64,000 nucleotides of DNA, from NCBI GenBank assembly GCA_944320355.1, contig CALUHC010000035.1, forward strand, positions 127,471 to 191,470. Reading direction: 5' to 3'. Below are positions 1 through 9,236 of this stretch, piece after piece. This DNA is from an uncultured Prevotella sp. (GTDB taxonomy: Bacteria; Bacteroidota; Bacteroidia; Bacteroidales; Bacteroidaceae). The position numbers were made by a program, and so were the translations under genes. A model generated the notes under the pieces. That model searched no databases and was not told the origin of the DNA. It saw nothing but the letters and a program-made list of their open reading frames with translations. The first letter of the stretch is position 1. Each line of letters begins with the position of its first letter.

Positions 1-1098
1 AAGCTGAGCGAGTTCAACCCGGTGGAGCACGCCGTGATATCGCAGACCATCGCCCCCGACGCGCGCGCCGCCGGAATGGGCGACGTGGGCGCAGCCACCG
101 ACCCGGACGTGAACTCGCAGTACTGGAATCCCGCCAAATATCCCTTCTGCATAAGCCGGGCCGGGGTGTCGCTCAACTACACCCCGTGGCTGCGACAGCT
201 CGTCAATGACATCGACCTGGCATACGTGGCCGGATACTACCGCATAGGCGACTACAGCGCGGTGTCGGGCTCGCTGCGCTACTTCTCCCTCGGAGAGGTG
301 GCAACCAGCTATGATGACAACGCCATGACCGTGAACCCCTACGAGATGTCGATAGACGTGGCATACTCGCTCATGCTGAGCGACAACTTCTCCATAGCCG
401 CGGCCATACGCTGGATATACTCCGACCTCCGCTACGACTACACCGAAGACGCGTCGCCGGCATCGGCCTTCGCAGCCGACCTGGCCATGTACTACAACAA
501 GTACTTCGTGATGGGCAGCCGCGAGTGCCAGTTCGGGCTTGGCGTCAACATAAGCAACGTGGGCAGCAAGATAAGCTATTACGGCGACGACCGCAGCCAG
601 TTCCTGCCCGCCAACCTGCGAATAGGAGCCTCGCTGCTAGTCCCGATAGACGAGTACAACCGCTTCTCGATAGCCGCCGACGCCAACAAGCTGCTCGTGC
701 CCACCGTGCCCGTGCAGAACGAGGGCGAGAGCGCCACCGACTACCGGGCACGCGTGATAGACGAATACAGCAGCATGAGCTCCATAACAGGCCTGTTCAA
801 GAGCTTCGGCGACGCGCCGGGCGGATTCAAGGAGGAGCTGCAGGAGATACAGTGGAGCCTGGGCGCTGAGTACGTATACCACGACCAGTTCTCGCTCCGC
901 GCCGGCTACCATCACGAGAGCGCCAACAAGGGCAACCGCAAGTACTTCACCGTGGGCGGCGGTTTCCGCATGAGCGTGTTCTCGCTCGACGTGGGCTATG
1001 TCATATCCACGGCCCAGAGCAACCCGCTCGACCAGACTCTGCGCTTCACGCTGGCGTTCGACATGGACGGCATAAAGGACCTGTTCAACAGGCGCTGA
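1..1098 (+). CDS. porV: Type IX secretion system outer-membrane shuttle PorV (5' end outside window)
   Basis: Frame open from base 1 (KLSEFNPVEH...). Motifs IAPDARAAGMGDVG, NPAKY, YTPWL, GNRKYFTVG and NPLDQTLRF; adjacent to ispF as in Bacteroidales. Confidence 0.92.
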   Translation, partial: KLSEFNPVEHAVISQTIAPDARAAGMGDVGAATDPDVNSQYWNPAKYPFCISRAGVSLNYTPWLRQLVNDIDLAYVAGYYRIGDYSAVSGSLRYFSLGEVATSYDDNAMTVNPYEMSIDVAYSLMLSDNFSIAAAIRWIYSDLRYDYTEDASPASAFAADLAMYYNKYFVMGSRECQFGLGVNISNVGSKISYYGDDRSQFLPANLRIGASLLVPIDEYNRFSIAADANKLLVPTVPVQNEGESATDYRARVIDEYSSMSSITGLFKSFGDAPGGFKEELQEIQWSLGAEYVYHDQFSLRAGYHHESANKGNRKYFTVGGGFRMSVFSLDVGYVISTAQSNPLDQTLRFTLAFDMDGIKDLFNRR

Positions 1099-1195
1099 CG
1101 GCGCGACGGCAGGCATACCCGCACAGGGCGCACGACGGGAAGCGGCCCGGAAAGACAAGCCCGACCAATCACTCCGCAACAACAACCAACAAGAC

Positions 1196-1678
1196 ATGAA
1201 CATAAGGGTAGGATTCGGATTTGACGTACACCGCCTCGCTGAAGGCAGGCAGCTGTGGATGGGAGGCATAAAGATAGACCACAGCCTCGGCCTGCTCGGC
1301 CACAGCGACGCCGACGTGCTCATACACGCCATCTGCGACGCCATGCTCGGGGCGGCCAATATGCGCGACATAGGCTACCACTTCCCCGACACCGCCGCCG
1401 AGACCGACGGCATAGACAGCAAGGTGCTGCTGCGGCAGACCCGCGAGCTGATAGCCACAAAAGGATACTGCGTGGGCAACATCGACGCCACGATATGCGC
1501 CGAGCGTCCCAAGATGAACCCGCACATACCGGCCATGAAAGCCTGTCTCGCACCGATAGTCGGCATCGCCGAAGACGACATATCGATAAAGGCCACAACG
1601 ACCGAGCGGCTCGGGTACACAGGACGCGAGGAAGGCATCAGCGCATACGCCGTCGCGCTGCTCGAAAAGCGGCCATGA
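1196..1678 (+). CDS. ispF: 2-C-methyl-D-erythritol 2,4-cyclodiphosphate synthase
   Basis: RVGFGFDVH, GHSDADVLIHAICDA, DIGYHFPD and KATTTERLG motifs. Confidence 0.97.
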   Translation: MNIRVGFGFDVHRLAEGRQLWMGGIKIDHSLGLLGHSDADVLIHAICDAMLGAANMRDIGYHFPDTAAETDGIDSKVLLRQTRELIATKGYCVGNIDATICAERPKMNPHIPAMKACLAPIVGIAEDDISIKATTTERLGYTGREEGISAYAVALLEKRP

Positions 1679-1827
1679 CGGCTGCGGCGGGGAAAGGCAC
1701 CAGACAACGACCGGAAAGGGCCAAGGCTGAGCTACGGCAGCCGACAGGAAGGCACATGGGCGGCGCAATCTGTAATTTTGGTAAGTTTTTCCACAAATCG
1801 GATACAGCTTATATGGATTTTATTGTG

Positions 1828-1835
1828 TAATTTTG
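1828..1835 (+). promoter_or_regulatory. Bacteroidetes sigma-A -7 box (TAnnTTTG) with no convincing downstream CDS
   Basis: TAATTTTG followed by CA in an AT-rich context. Confidence 0.6.
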
Positions 1836-1839
1836 CAAC

Positions 1840-2229
1840 GTGGATAAGAAGAACCACCGACACAAAAACAAATAAACGGCCACAAGACCGGAATAAAAGA
1901 CAAAGCCGCCCGGCGCAAAGGCAACGCCAACGGCAGGGCGGGAGAAAAGCGGCGGAGACGCCGCACGCCCGCCACAAACAACCGGCCACCGCGACAGCGA
2001 GCACCCTGCGACGCGCCGCCTGCGGCAAGAGAGGGCGCGGAAGGCGCACAGACAAGAATCTCATAACGCTAATTATAATATACTTTTTCAGACCTCATTT
2101 GTATCTTTAATGTAATCATCTTTGTAATCTCTCATGAAAATCTAAGGCATAAGCAGACAAGAACAATTAAATTGGGTACATTCAATTTGATGGCACCGCT
2201 GCCGGACGGCACCGGTGCCATCGCTTTTT
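1840..2229 (+). ncRNA. Candidate intergenic small RNA
   Basis: Bounded by the -7 box at 1828 and the intrinsic terminator at 2189-2229; no credible ORF; AU-rich segment at 2060-2185. Confidence 0.4.
2189..2229 (+). terminator. Rho-independent terminator
   Basis: Stem GATGGCACCG/CGGTGCCATC followed by GCTTTTT. Confidence 0.75.
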
Positions 2230-2527
2230 ATCCCCAACCGGACACACTCCGCGAAACCATACCGCCTCGCACAGGCCGCAACTCCCGCCACGCAGGCCGC
2301 CACCCCGGCCGGTCGCAAAGCCGGGAGCGACGCCCCCTCCACGGCGGGCGCGCGCCGCAGCCACTCAGGACTCACCGCCGGTGCCACCGCCCTTGCCGCC
2401 GCCATCATTCCCTTTCGTCCTGCTGACGAACCATCCGAGAGCGCGTTTCACGATGATTATGCCCAAAAGGAAATAAAGGACAGCGCCAAAACCAAAAACA
2501 ATCAAGGTGAACAATATACAGGCGACA

Positions 2528-3571
2528 TCAAAAGCCGCCTCCCAAAACCTCGCCCCAAAGCTGGGGACTGTAGGCCGAGACTGTGAATCCTCCGTAGAGG
2601 AGCATCTTTTCTTCTTCATCATACTCGTCGTAGTTTTCTATTATCTCGATATATTTATTGGAAAGTTCCACAATGTCATCGACAGAACTTGTCGCATTTC
2701 TGTAAGCCTCAACGTATAACATCAATGCCTCCTTAACATTTGGTGATTCAATATGGCTTGAAATGATATAGCGGTCAAAATCGATATCATATATATTATT
2801 AAAATTAGATGAGAAGTTTCTAAGCATCAAATTGAGATAAAAATCGAAATTATCTTTATCCAAAACATTCGTAATTACAGTTTCCGACACATCAACAGGC
2901 GGAATGACATTGACAAAATCACTTGCATTAAACGTAATACCAACAGGATCTTTTTCCCATACACGGAGCATGGTATTCGTCAATCCGTTATGATCTTCCC
3001 CTATGCGCTTAACCGGCACCAACCTTTGGGGTACGGTTATTTTATTATAAACAGGGTTAAAATGAAATTGATTCCATTTTTCTACATAATTCACCCTTTC
3101 TAAATTTGCCTGATAGGCATATTCTGTTGTACGCCTGAAGATGTCGATGTCATACACATTCCCTATGAGAGAACAGCCACAGGCCTTGGCCGCAATATTG
3201 GATTGCGCGACAGAGCCAGCCAAACCGCCGATAAGAACACAAGCCGGTATACTGACACCCTCTGTTATTGCAGCCAATGCCGTACCAACTTTAAGCCCAA
3301 CGTCGGCCCCTTCAACCATACCCATAAAGTCAAATGTAGAAACTGTTAGCAAATCAAGCCAAAAGCCACGCGTCTGAAGCCTTGGTTACTTTAGTAACTC
3401 ATTATTGTACTCTTGCAACGCGGCCAAAGTCTTGCTGCAATCCGCTGTGTCTTGCTGTTCCACAGCTTTTGCAATCTCCAGAACATTGCTGTCACTAATA
3501 ACAGGTGCATCATCTTCTGCACACGAAAACATAGCCATGGCAAAGACTAAAAATAAAAATAACTTTTTCAT
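2528..3571 (-). pseudogene. Low-GC lipoprotein of about 347 codons interrupted by one in-frame TAA (3386-3388)
   Basis: ORFs 3386..3571 and 2528..3352 share a frame: ...YNNELLK*PRLQTRGFWLDLLTVSTF...; lipoprotein signal MKKLFLFLVFAMAMFSC. Confidence 0.8.
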
Positions 3572-3727
3572 AATACAATATATTTATAGTTAGTTTATAA
3601 CTGTATCTATTTGATTGTCTACTCACGAATAGGACAAAAACGAACATCCACCTTCTGCACAAACTTGCAAATATGCTATTAAAAACGGTCTGCGCCCCCT
3701 TGATTTCCAGTATATGCCATATTGAGT

Positions 3728-3836
3728 TGCCAAACGACTCGTTTTGCGTTACAATATGGCCTGTTTCAAACTACCAAACGGCATCTTTCGCAAGCCGAAA
3801 CGGTATCTTTCTTAACACATTGGATACAAGGAACTT
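3728..3836. repeat. Family A element (22-bp-period AAACG-N3-CGTTT), degenerate
   Basis: CAAACGACTCGTTTTG..CAAACGGCATCTTTC..GAAACGGTATCTTTC plus a degenerate terminal motif. Confidence 0.65.
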
Positions 3837-3977
3837 AACCAAGGTAGGGATTACCATCGCCTTTAACATAAAAATGTTAACCACAACACACGACAACAAA
3901 CACCCCACAACCCATGGCCTGTTTGCGGATATTCATATATCATATTCGCCAAATCAGCCAAAACGCAAGCCGCAGTG

Positions 3978-4334
3978 TCATTCAAAATATCCTGTCAGCC
4001 GCTGTCCGTTGGCTATTATTTCAAGCTTTTGATTACGCTCTCCGGCCACATCGGGTACATAAAGGGTATTGCCCATCGGCGTTATCACCTCCAGCCCGCT
4101 ATACATTATGTTGCCTTGCGTGCCAGTTATGGTTATTTGGGCAACCACATGAGTAGAGTCTGAGCCTATGATGACATAGTTGTCATCGTATGGAGCAGTA
4201 GGCGTTATGCCTTCTGTCCGCTCTTTCTTACCTCCTTTTTTATCGTCTGCGGTTTGCAATGTCACAATACCGCTGTTGGCAAATGTTGCCAAGCTCATCA
4301 GGATGCCGAAGCAAATCATAGTAATTCGCATCAT
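3978..4334 (-). CDS. Small secreted beta-rich protein, DUF3244-like
   Basis: Signal peptide MMRITMICFGILMSLATFA; beta-strand pattern ending LEIIANGQRLTGYFE; own -7 box (TACCTTTG, 4359-4366); downstream of a TPR gene. Confidence 0.7.
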   Translation of the reverse strand: MMRITMICFGILMSLATFANSGIVTLQTADDKKGGKKERTEGITPTAPYDDNYVIIGSDSTHVVAQITITGTQGNIMYSGLEVITPMGNTLYVPDVAGERNQKLEIIANGQRLTGYFE

Positions 4335-4497
4335 AATAGTTTTGAAATTTGGTCGGTGCAAAGGTAACGATTTGTCACACAAAAGTCCAAGAAAAACGCT
4401 TCTCAAAAACTTCGCAAACACTACGCGAAGCCTTTGAGAAGCGTTTGTGTACCGTGCGAAGCACTTCTTATACACTTATCACGTCCACATAAACTGC

Positions 4498-6075
4498 TCA
4501 CAGCCCGTCGATGACTTCGTCCCACTGGGTTGCGCTGCCCTTCTCGCCGTATGCTCGGAAATAGAGCTTGCTCCTCACGGACGAAAGGCCGGAGAGGCTC
4601 AGGTTGACAAGCTGGGCAATGTCCTTCAGCCGCAGCCTCAGTTTCAGCAGCAGGCAGATGCGAAAGTCGGCCTCGCTCATCCGGCATATTCCGCGCAGCT
4701 TCGCGCAAAATCCGGGGTAATGCTCATCGACAACGGCCGCCAGTTGTTCCCAATCGGCGTCCGTAAGGTTCTTTCGGCTCTTTATGGCGGTGTCCAACCG
4801 CCTGTATATTTCCGTCTCAATGATTGACAGCATCTCCGGCTGCGCCTCCATGGCCTTGCGCTTCTGCTCATAGATTTTCAGCTCAGAGGCGAGCCTCTTG
4901 CTCTTTTTCCTCTCACGGCAAAGAACCAATGAAAGCAGCCCTAAGACAAAAACCGCCACCACCACAATGCAGGCTATCTCGTAGCGTTGGGCTTCGTTAT
5001 GGGCTTTCAGCAGCTCGTTTTCAGTCTCACGGAACGAATAGTCATATACTGCGCCTACTTGCGCCACCGCCTCCACTGCCGAAATGTCATATACAGAGTC
5101 GGCCAGCAGGTTGCTCATTTGGTACAGTTCTATGGCCTTACGGCTTTCACCTACCTCCGCATAATAGTCGGGCAACCTCCTATAAGCATCTTTTCTTGCA
5201 TCGGCAGAGCCTTTTTCCACCAGCACCCAGTTGCAAGCCATCGCCGAGTCCATGCGCCCGGTCTTGGAATAAAGGATTGCAGCATTCGACATGACGGCGT
5301 TTATGTCGTTAGGGTCGGCATAGTCAAGGGCGGGCTTCAGGTGCTCTTCCGCCAAGCCATACTCTTGGAGGTCGATGAAAAGAGAGGCCATTTGCACGTG
5401 GACACAGGCCGACATATCGGCTATGTGGTTCTCGTCGGCCAGCCGCAAGGCCATCTCATAATAGTGCAAAGCGCTGTCTCGCCGCCCCAAATCGGCAAAC
5501 GCCCGCGCCAAATCGCGCTCCACGTAAATCATGCGCAGCGCATTGGCGCGCCCCTTGCGCAACTCGTAAGAGCGGCGGAAGGCATCGAGAGCCTTGGTGT
5601 AAAGCCTCATGTCCTTATATAGATATCCCATCTGGCTGTAAGCCTTGCACCTCAGCAGATAGTGGCTGTCGTCGTCGGCAGTGCCGATGGCCTTGGCAAA
5701 ACACAGGGCGGCCTTGGGAGCATCGTACATCTCGCTGTAAACTCGCCCCGCATAGTAATAGGCATCGGGCAGCAACGCCCTGTCGCCGCCGCCCTCATAG
5801 TAGGCCACAAGGCGGTCGGCCACGGTGCCGGAGCTGAACTTGGCATAGTTATAGTCGGCGGCCTTTATGCTCACCAGGTCGTAATAACGCCGCGCGGCCT
5901 CCGGCCATGCGGCCGTGTCGGCCCGCATCCCGGCGAGCAGCAGCAAGGCACTGTCGGGATTCGTCCCGGCCAGACTGTCGGCCATGACGAGGCGGGGCGG
6001 ATATCTGTGGCGTCCACAGGCGCAGACACAGAGCGTGGCTATGACAATCAGAATGGCTGCCGCTGTCTTTTTCAT
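4498..6075 (-). CDS. Membrane TPR sensor with C-terminal LuxR-like HTH
   Basis: Lipoprotein-like signal (LCVCAC), TPR helices (AYYYAGRVY, AYSQMGYLY), TM helix IACIVVVAVFVLGLLSLVLC, and C-terminal FRICLLLKL..KDIAQLVNLSLSGLSSVRSKLY. Confidence 0.85.
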   Translation of the reverse strand: MKKTAAAILIVIATLCVCACGRHRYPPRLVMADSLAGTNPDSALLLLAGMRADTAAWPEAARRYYDLVSIKAADYNYAKFSSGTVADRLVAYYEGGGDRALLPDAYYYAGRVYSEMYDAPKAALCFAKAIGTADDDSHYLLRCKAYSQMGYLYKDMRLYTKALDAFRRSYELRKGRANALRMIYVERDLARAFADLGRRDSALHYYEMALRLADENHIADMSACVHVQMASLFIDLQEYGLAEEHLKPALDYADPNDINAVMSNAAILYSKTGRMDSAMACNWVLVEKGSADARKDAYRRLPDYYAEVGESRKAIELYQMSNLLADSVYDISAVEAVAQVGAVYDYSFRETENELLKAHNEAQRYEIACIVVVAVFVLGLLSLVLCRERKKSKRLASELKIYEQKRKAMEAQPEMLSIIETEIYRRLDTAIKSRKNLTDADWEQLAAVVDEHYPGFCAKLRGICRMSEADFRICLLLKLRLRLKDIAQLVNLSLSGLSSVRSKLYFRAYGEKGSATQWDEVIDGL

Positions 6076-6242
6076 GCTGTAAAAGTAATCATTTTAAGCC
6101 GTTCAGGCAATGACATGAACATAAAAAAGATGCCATCCCGCCTATCCGCCCGGCGGTCTGCGCCACAGTGTTCGCCATTTCTCACACAGCCCGCCCGGGC
6201 GTCCATGCCGCGGCATGGACCGGCACAAATGGCGCGCCGGTG

Positions 6243-6479
6243 TCAATCCCTGTCGCGAGCGCCGTCGTCGAGGCCGAGGTCGTCGGATATGTCCTTGAAG
6301 AAATCGTGCTGCAACACCTCACTGAGACGGAAAAGCAAGGCTATGCCAAGGTTGCTGCGCTTGAATATGTTATACACGTTCGAACGCTCGCACGGCAGCA
6401 TCGAAGCCAGCCAACAGGCGCTCCGCCCCTGCTCGTCGAGCACTTCCTTTATCCGTTTTCCGATATGAATCATAGGCAA
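6243..6479 (-). CDS. XRE-family HTH transcriptional regulator (copy 1)
   Basis: HIGKRIKEVL..QGRS..WLA...CERSNVYNIF...HDFF. Confidence 0.85.
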   Translation of the reverse strand: MPMIHIGKRIKEVLDEQGRSACWLASMLPCERSNVYNIFKRSNLGIALLFRLSEVLQHDFFKDISDDLGLDDGARDRD

Positions 6480-6821
6480 AGAGAGTTATTCAATCTACAT
6501 TCCATAAAGTACATCAACACTGCCGCGCGGCTATCACACTGCCACACGGCCACTCATAAAGAGGTTGAAAACCAAGCCGGGAACACAGCCCGGATGCTTT
6601 TATCATCGGATTGACCCGAACCCGGCGGCAATGGCGCACAACCACACGCATACACCACGCGCGACTCAACACGCAACGCCGCCCTCATCGGATTTCTTTC
6701 CATTCCTACCAATGTGCCGGCCATCACACCGGCCAAGGACGCCCATACGCCCCATGAACGCAGCCACAACACCGGGGACACTCCCGCAGGCCGCACACGA
6801 CCGCGACAACCGCACCCTGCA

Positions 6822-7061
6822 TCAACGCCCCACCATACGCGCGGGCACGCTCTCGGCGGCGAACAACGCCGACAACTCGGCGAAAAAATCGTGATGGAGT
6901 GCGCACGATATGCCGTAAAGCAGACCTGCATCTATGTCTGTGCGGCGGAATATGTTATACACATTCGAGCGTTCGCACGATATGCTCTCTGCCAGCCAGT
7001 TCACCGTGCGGCCCTGCTCGTTGAGCACTTCACGTATTCTTTTCCCTATATGCATGGTCAT
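6822..7061 (-). CDS. XRE-family HTH transcriptional regulator (copy 2)
   Basis: Paralog of 6243..6479 with identical CERSNVYNIF; -7 box TATCTTTG at 7169-7176. Confidence 0.85.
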   Translation of the reverse strand: MTMHIGKRIREVLNEQGRTVNWLAESISCERSNVYNIFRRTDIDAGLLYGISCALHHDFFAELSALFAAESVPARMVGR

Positions 7062-7290
7062 ATATACTGTTTTTTATACAAGTCATCGTGATGGCCGACA
7101 CCCGCGATGCTCTTCCAACCGCCCCTCTGGACACCCCGCATGAGCGCCTACTGGCCTGCCAACAATGGCAAAGATACGCAAAATTTTATGATAATGTTTA
7201 CCCCCCCCCTGTTAAAAAGTGTTTAATACGGGGTATGAGCCGAAATGAACCAAATCCGAACGCAAAACAGGCCTATTCGTCGTGATTGGC

Positions 7291-8886
7291 CTATCGCCAT
7301 TCGTAGTGGAAATAATCCACATCGACCGCACCCTCGTCGGCTTCGTCATTGAAGTTGTACAAGCCCACTCTGTCGCCCCGATAATTGCCCCAGACCATGC
7401 GATAAGGTGCGCCGAAAGGCACAAAACGGTCGCCATCGAGGCTGTACGAGAAGCGCGACATACCGTCCAAGCCCCACTCCGAGCGCAGCCACACATACCG
7501 CCCGCACACCACCGGTCCAGCCACCGTGCTGTCGTTCTGCCGCCACTCCATGCGCGCACGGCCTCCGGCGCGGCTCACTCCCACAGCACCGCTCTGCGAC
7601 GAGAGGTGGCACAGCCCGGCGTGCTGCCCGTCGGCCATGGCCGCAACGTCCATCCTCACCGTCACCACGTTGCCTTCGGTCATAAAGCTGCGCTGCGTCA
7701 GTGTGTTGCCGGCATAGCGCAGGGCGTTGCGCCGCAGTGGCCTGAAGGCCTTGAGGCGCAGCCATCCCGGCCTCTCGGCGAGCGAATACATATCGCGGCG
7801 GGGCTGGTGGTTCCACTGCCACTGCGCAGGCAGCACCGCCGAGTCGAACTCGTCGCTACGCCTTATGGACAGCTTCACACTGTCGGCGGCAGGCATCCGC
7901 CCGCTCCACACCATGGCACCGCCGCCCTCGGGCTGCGGCTCGCCGATTATGGGCCAGCCGTCTGTCCACGTGACGGGCAGCAGACTGACCTGGCGTCCGC
8001 CCCAGTCGCCCGTGCCGTGGTGCGTCAGGAAGTACCAGCGGCCGTCCCTTCCCTCCACTATTCCGCCTTGGTTGGGCTCTCGCGCGGCGCGGTCGGGGCG
8101 GCCTATCTGTCTCTCCTCCGAGTAGGGGCCGGTCACACTGTCGGCCCGCTTGGCCAGCACGTAGCGGCCGCGGCCCGACTTGCGGCTGAACACGAGGTAG
8201 AACCGCCCCTCGTGTTCTATCAGCTTGCTCGCCTCGCGCCCGCCGCCTTCGTTGACCAGGCGTGCCGTTTCGCGATATATCTTGGTGCCATCGGCGGCCA
8301 TGTCGAACAGATACGTCTTGTAACCGTCGGCGAAATGCGTGCCGAGAAAGTAGGCCTTGCCGCCGGCCCATATCGCCGTGCAGTCGTCCCAGCCAGGTTC
8401 GGCCAGCAAACAGACAAGCGGAGACCACGGTCCCTCGACCCTGTCGGCCGATGACATGAAGTATCCCTCGTCGGGAGTGCCGAAAAAGAGGTAGAAGCGA
8501 CCGGCGTGATGGCGCAGTGTGCCGGCCCACACCCCGCGCCCGTATCGGCCCATGCGGTCCCAGTTCAGCTCCGGGCCTATCTGCGTCAGGTCGTCTATGA
8601 TGTTGCAGCACAGCTCCCAGTTCACAAGGTCGGTGGAGCGGAGGAGCGTCATTCCGGGCGAATACTGCATGGTTGACGATATGGCGTAATACTCATCGCC
8701 CACGCGGATGCAGTCTATGTCGCTGAAGTCGGCGGGGATAACCGGGTTGAGATATGTGCCGCCGGGCTGCTCGCCCCACGCTGTCCACCGCCCCCACTCG
8801 CGCCCTTCTGACTGGGCGCAGACAGGCTGCAACGGCATAAGAACAAGCAGAATGGCAAGAATGGATTTTGTGGAGAGGGGGAACAT
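7291..8886 (-). CDS. Glycoside hydrolase family 43 (beta-xylosidase/arabinofuranosidase-like) with C-terminal beta-sandwich
   Basis: NPVIPADFSD, STDLVNW, GVWAG, PNQGG, WYFLTH, WQWNH and DVDYF motifs; signal peptide. Confidence 0.9.
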   Translation of the reverse strand: MFPLSTKSILAILLVLMPLQPVCAQSEGREWGRWTAWGEQPGGTYLNPVIPADFSDIDCIRVGDEYYAISSTMQYSPGMTLLRSTDLVNWELCCNIIDDLTQIGPELNWDRMGRYGRGVWAGTLRHHAGRFYLFFGTPDEGYFMSSADRVEGPWSPLVCLLAEPGWDDCTAIWAGGKAYFLGTHFADGYKTYLFDMAADGTKIYRETARLVNEGGGREASKLIEHEGRFYLVFSRKSGRGRYVLAKRADSVTGPYSEERQIGRPDRAAREPNQGGIVEGRDGRWYFLTHHGTGDWGGRQVSLLPVTWTDGWPIIGEPQPEGGGAMVWSGRMPAADSVKLSIRRSDEFDSAVLPAQWQWNHQPRRDMYSLAERPGWLRLKAFRPLRRNALRYAGNTLTQRSFMTEGNVVTVRMDVAAMADGQHAGLCHLSSQSGAVGVSRAGGRARMEWRQNDSTVAGPVVCGRYVWLRSEWGLDGMSRFSYSLDGDRFVPFGAPYRMVWGNYRGDRVGLYNFNDEADEGAVDVDYFHYEWR

Positions 8887-8904
8887 AGTGCTTTTATTTG
8901 ATTT

Positions 8905-9200
8905 TTAGGAGTTTGCGGGAGTTAACAGGAGTTATAGCTCCGTTGCACTCCGCTTGGTAGTTAACGGACAATAGCTTTGTATTTCGGGAATTAAAGGAGT
9001 AATCTTTAGGAGTTAAAGGAGTTAGAAGAAGTTATCGCTCCACTTCGTTTCGCTAAGAAGTTAAAGGACAAATGCTTTGACTTCGTGCGCAGCCTAAGCC
9101 TCCCCTCGGGGAGGTTTGGAGAGGCGCTATTGTCCGTTAACTACCAAGCGGAGTGCAACGGAGCTATAACTCCTGTTAACTCCTGCTAACTCCTACATAC
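8905..9200. repeat. Composite element: perfect 58-bp inverted repeats (8918-8975 / 9126-9183) enclosing another family B unit and a REP-like hairpin
   Basis: GGAGTTAACAGGAGTTATAGCTCCGTTGCACTCCGCTTGGTAGTTAACGGACAATAGC and its exact reverse complement. Confidence 0.9.
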
Positions 9201-9236
9201 TATCTCCTGTCAACTCCAGATAACTACAGTATAAAA

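Noticed and set aside
3386-3388. Programmed recoding (Sec/Pyl) of the lipoprotein stop
   Set aside because: The codon is TAA, not TGA or TAG, and other genes here terminate normally at TAA.
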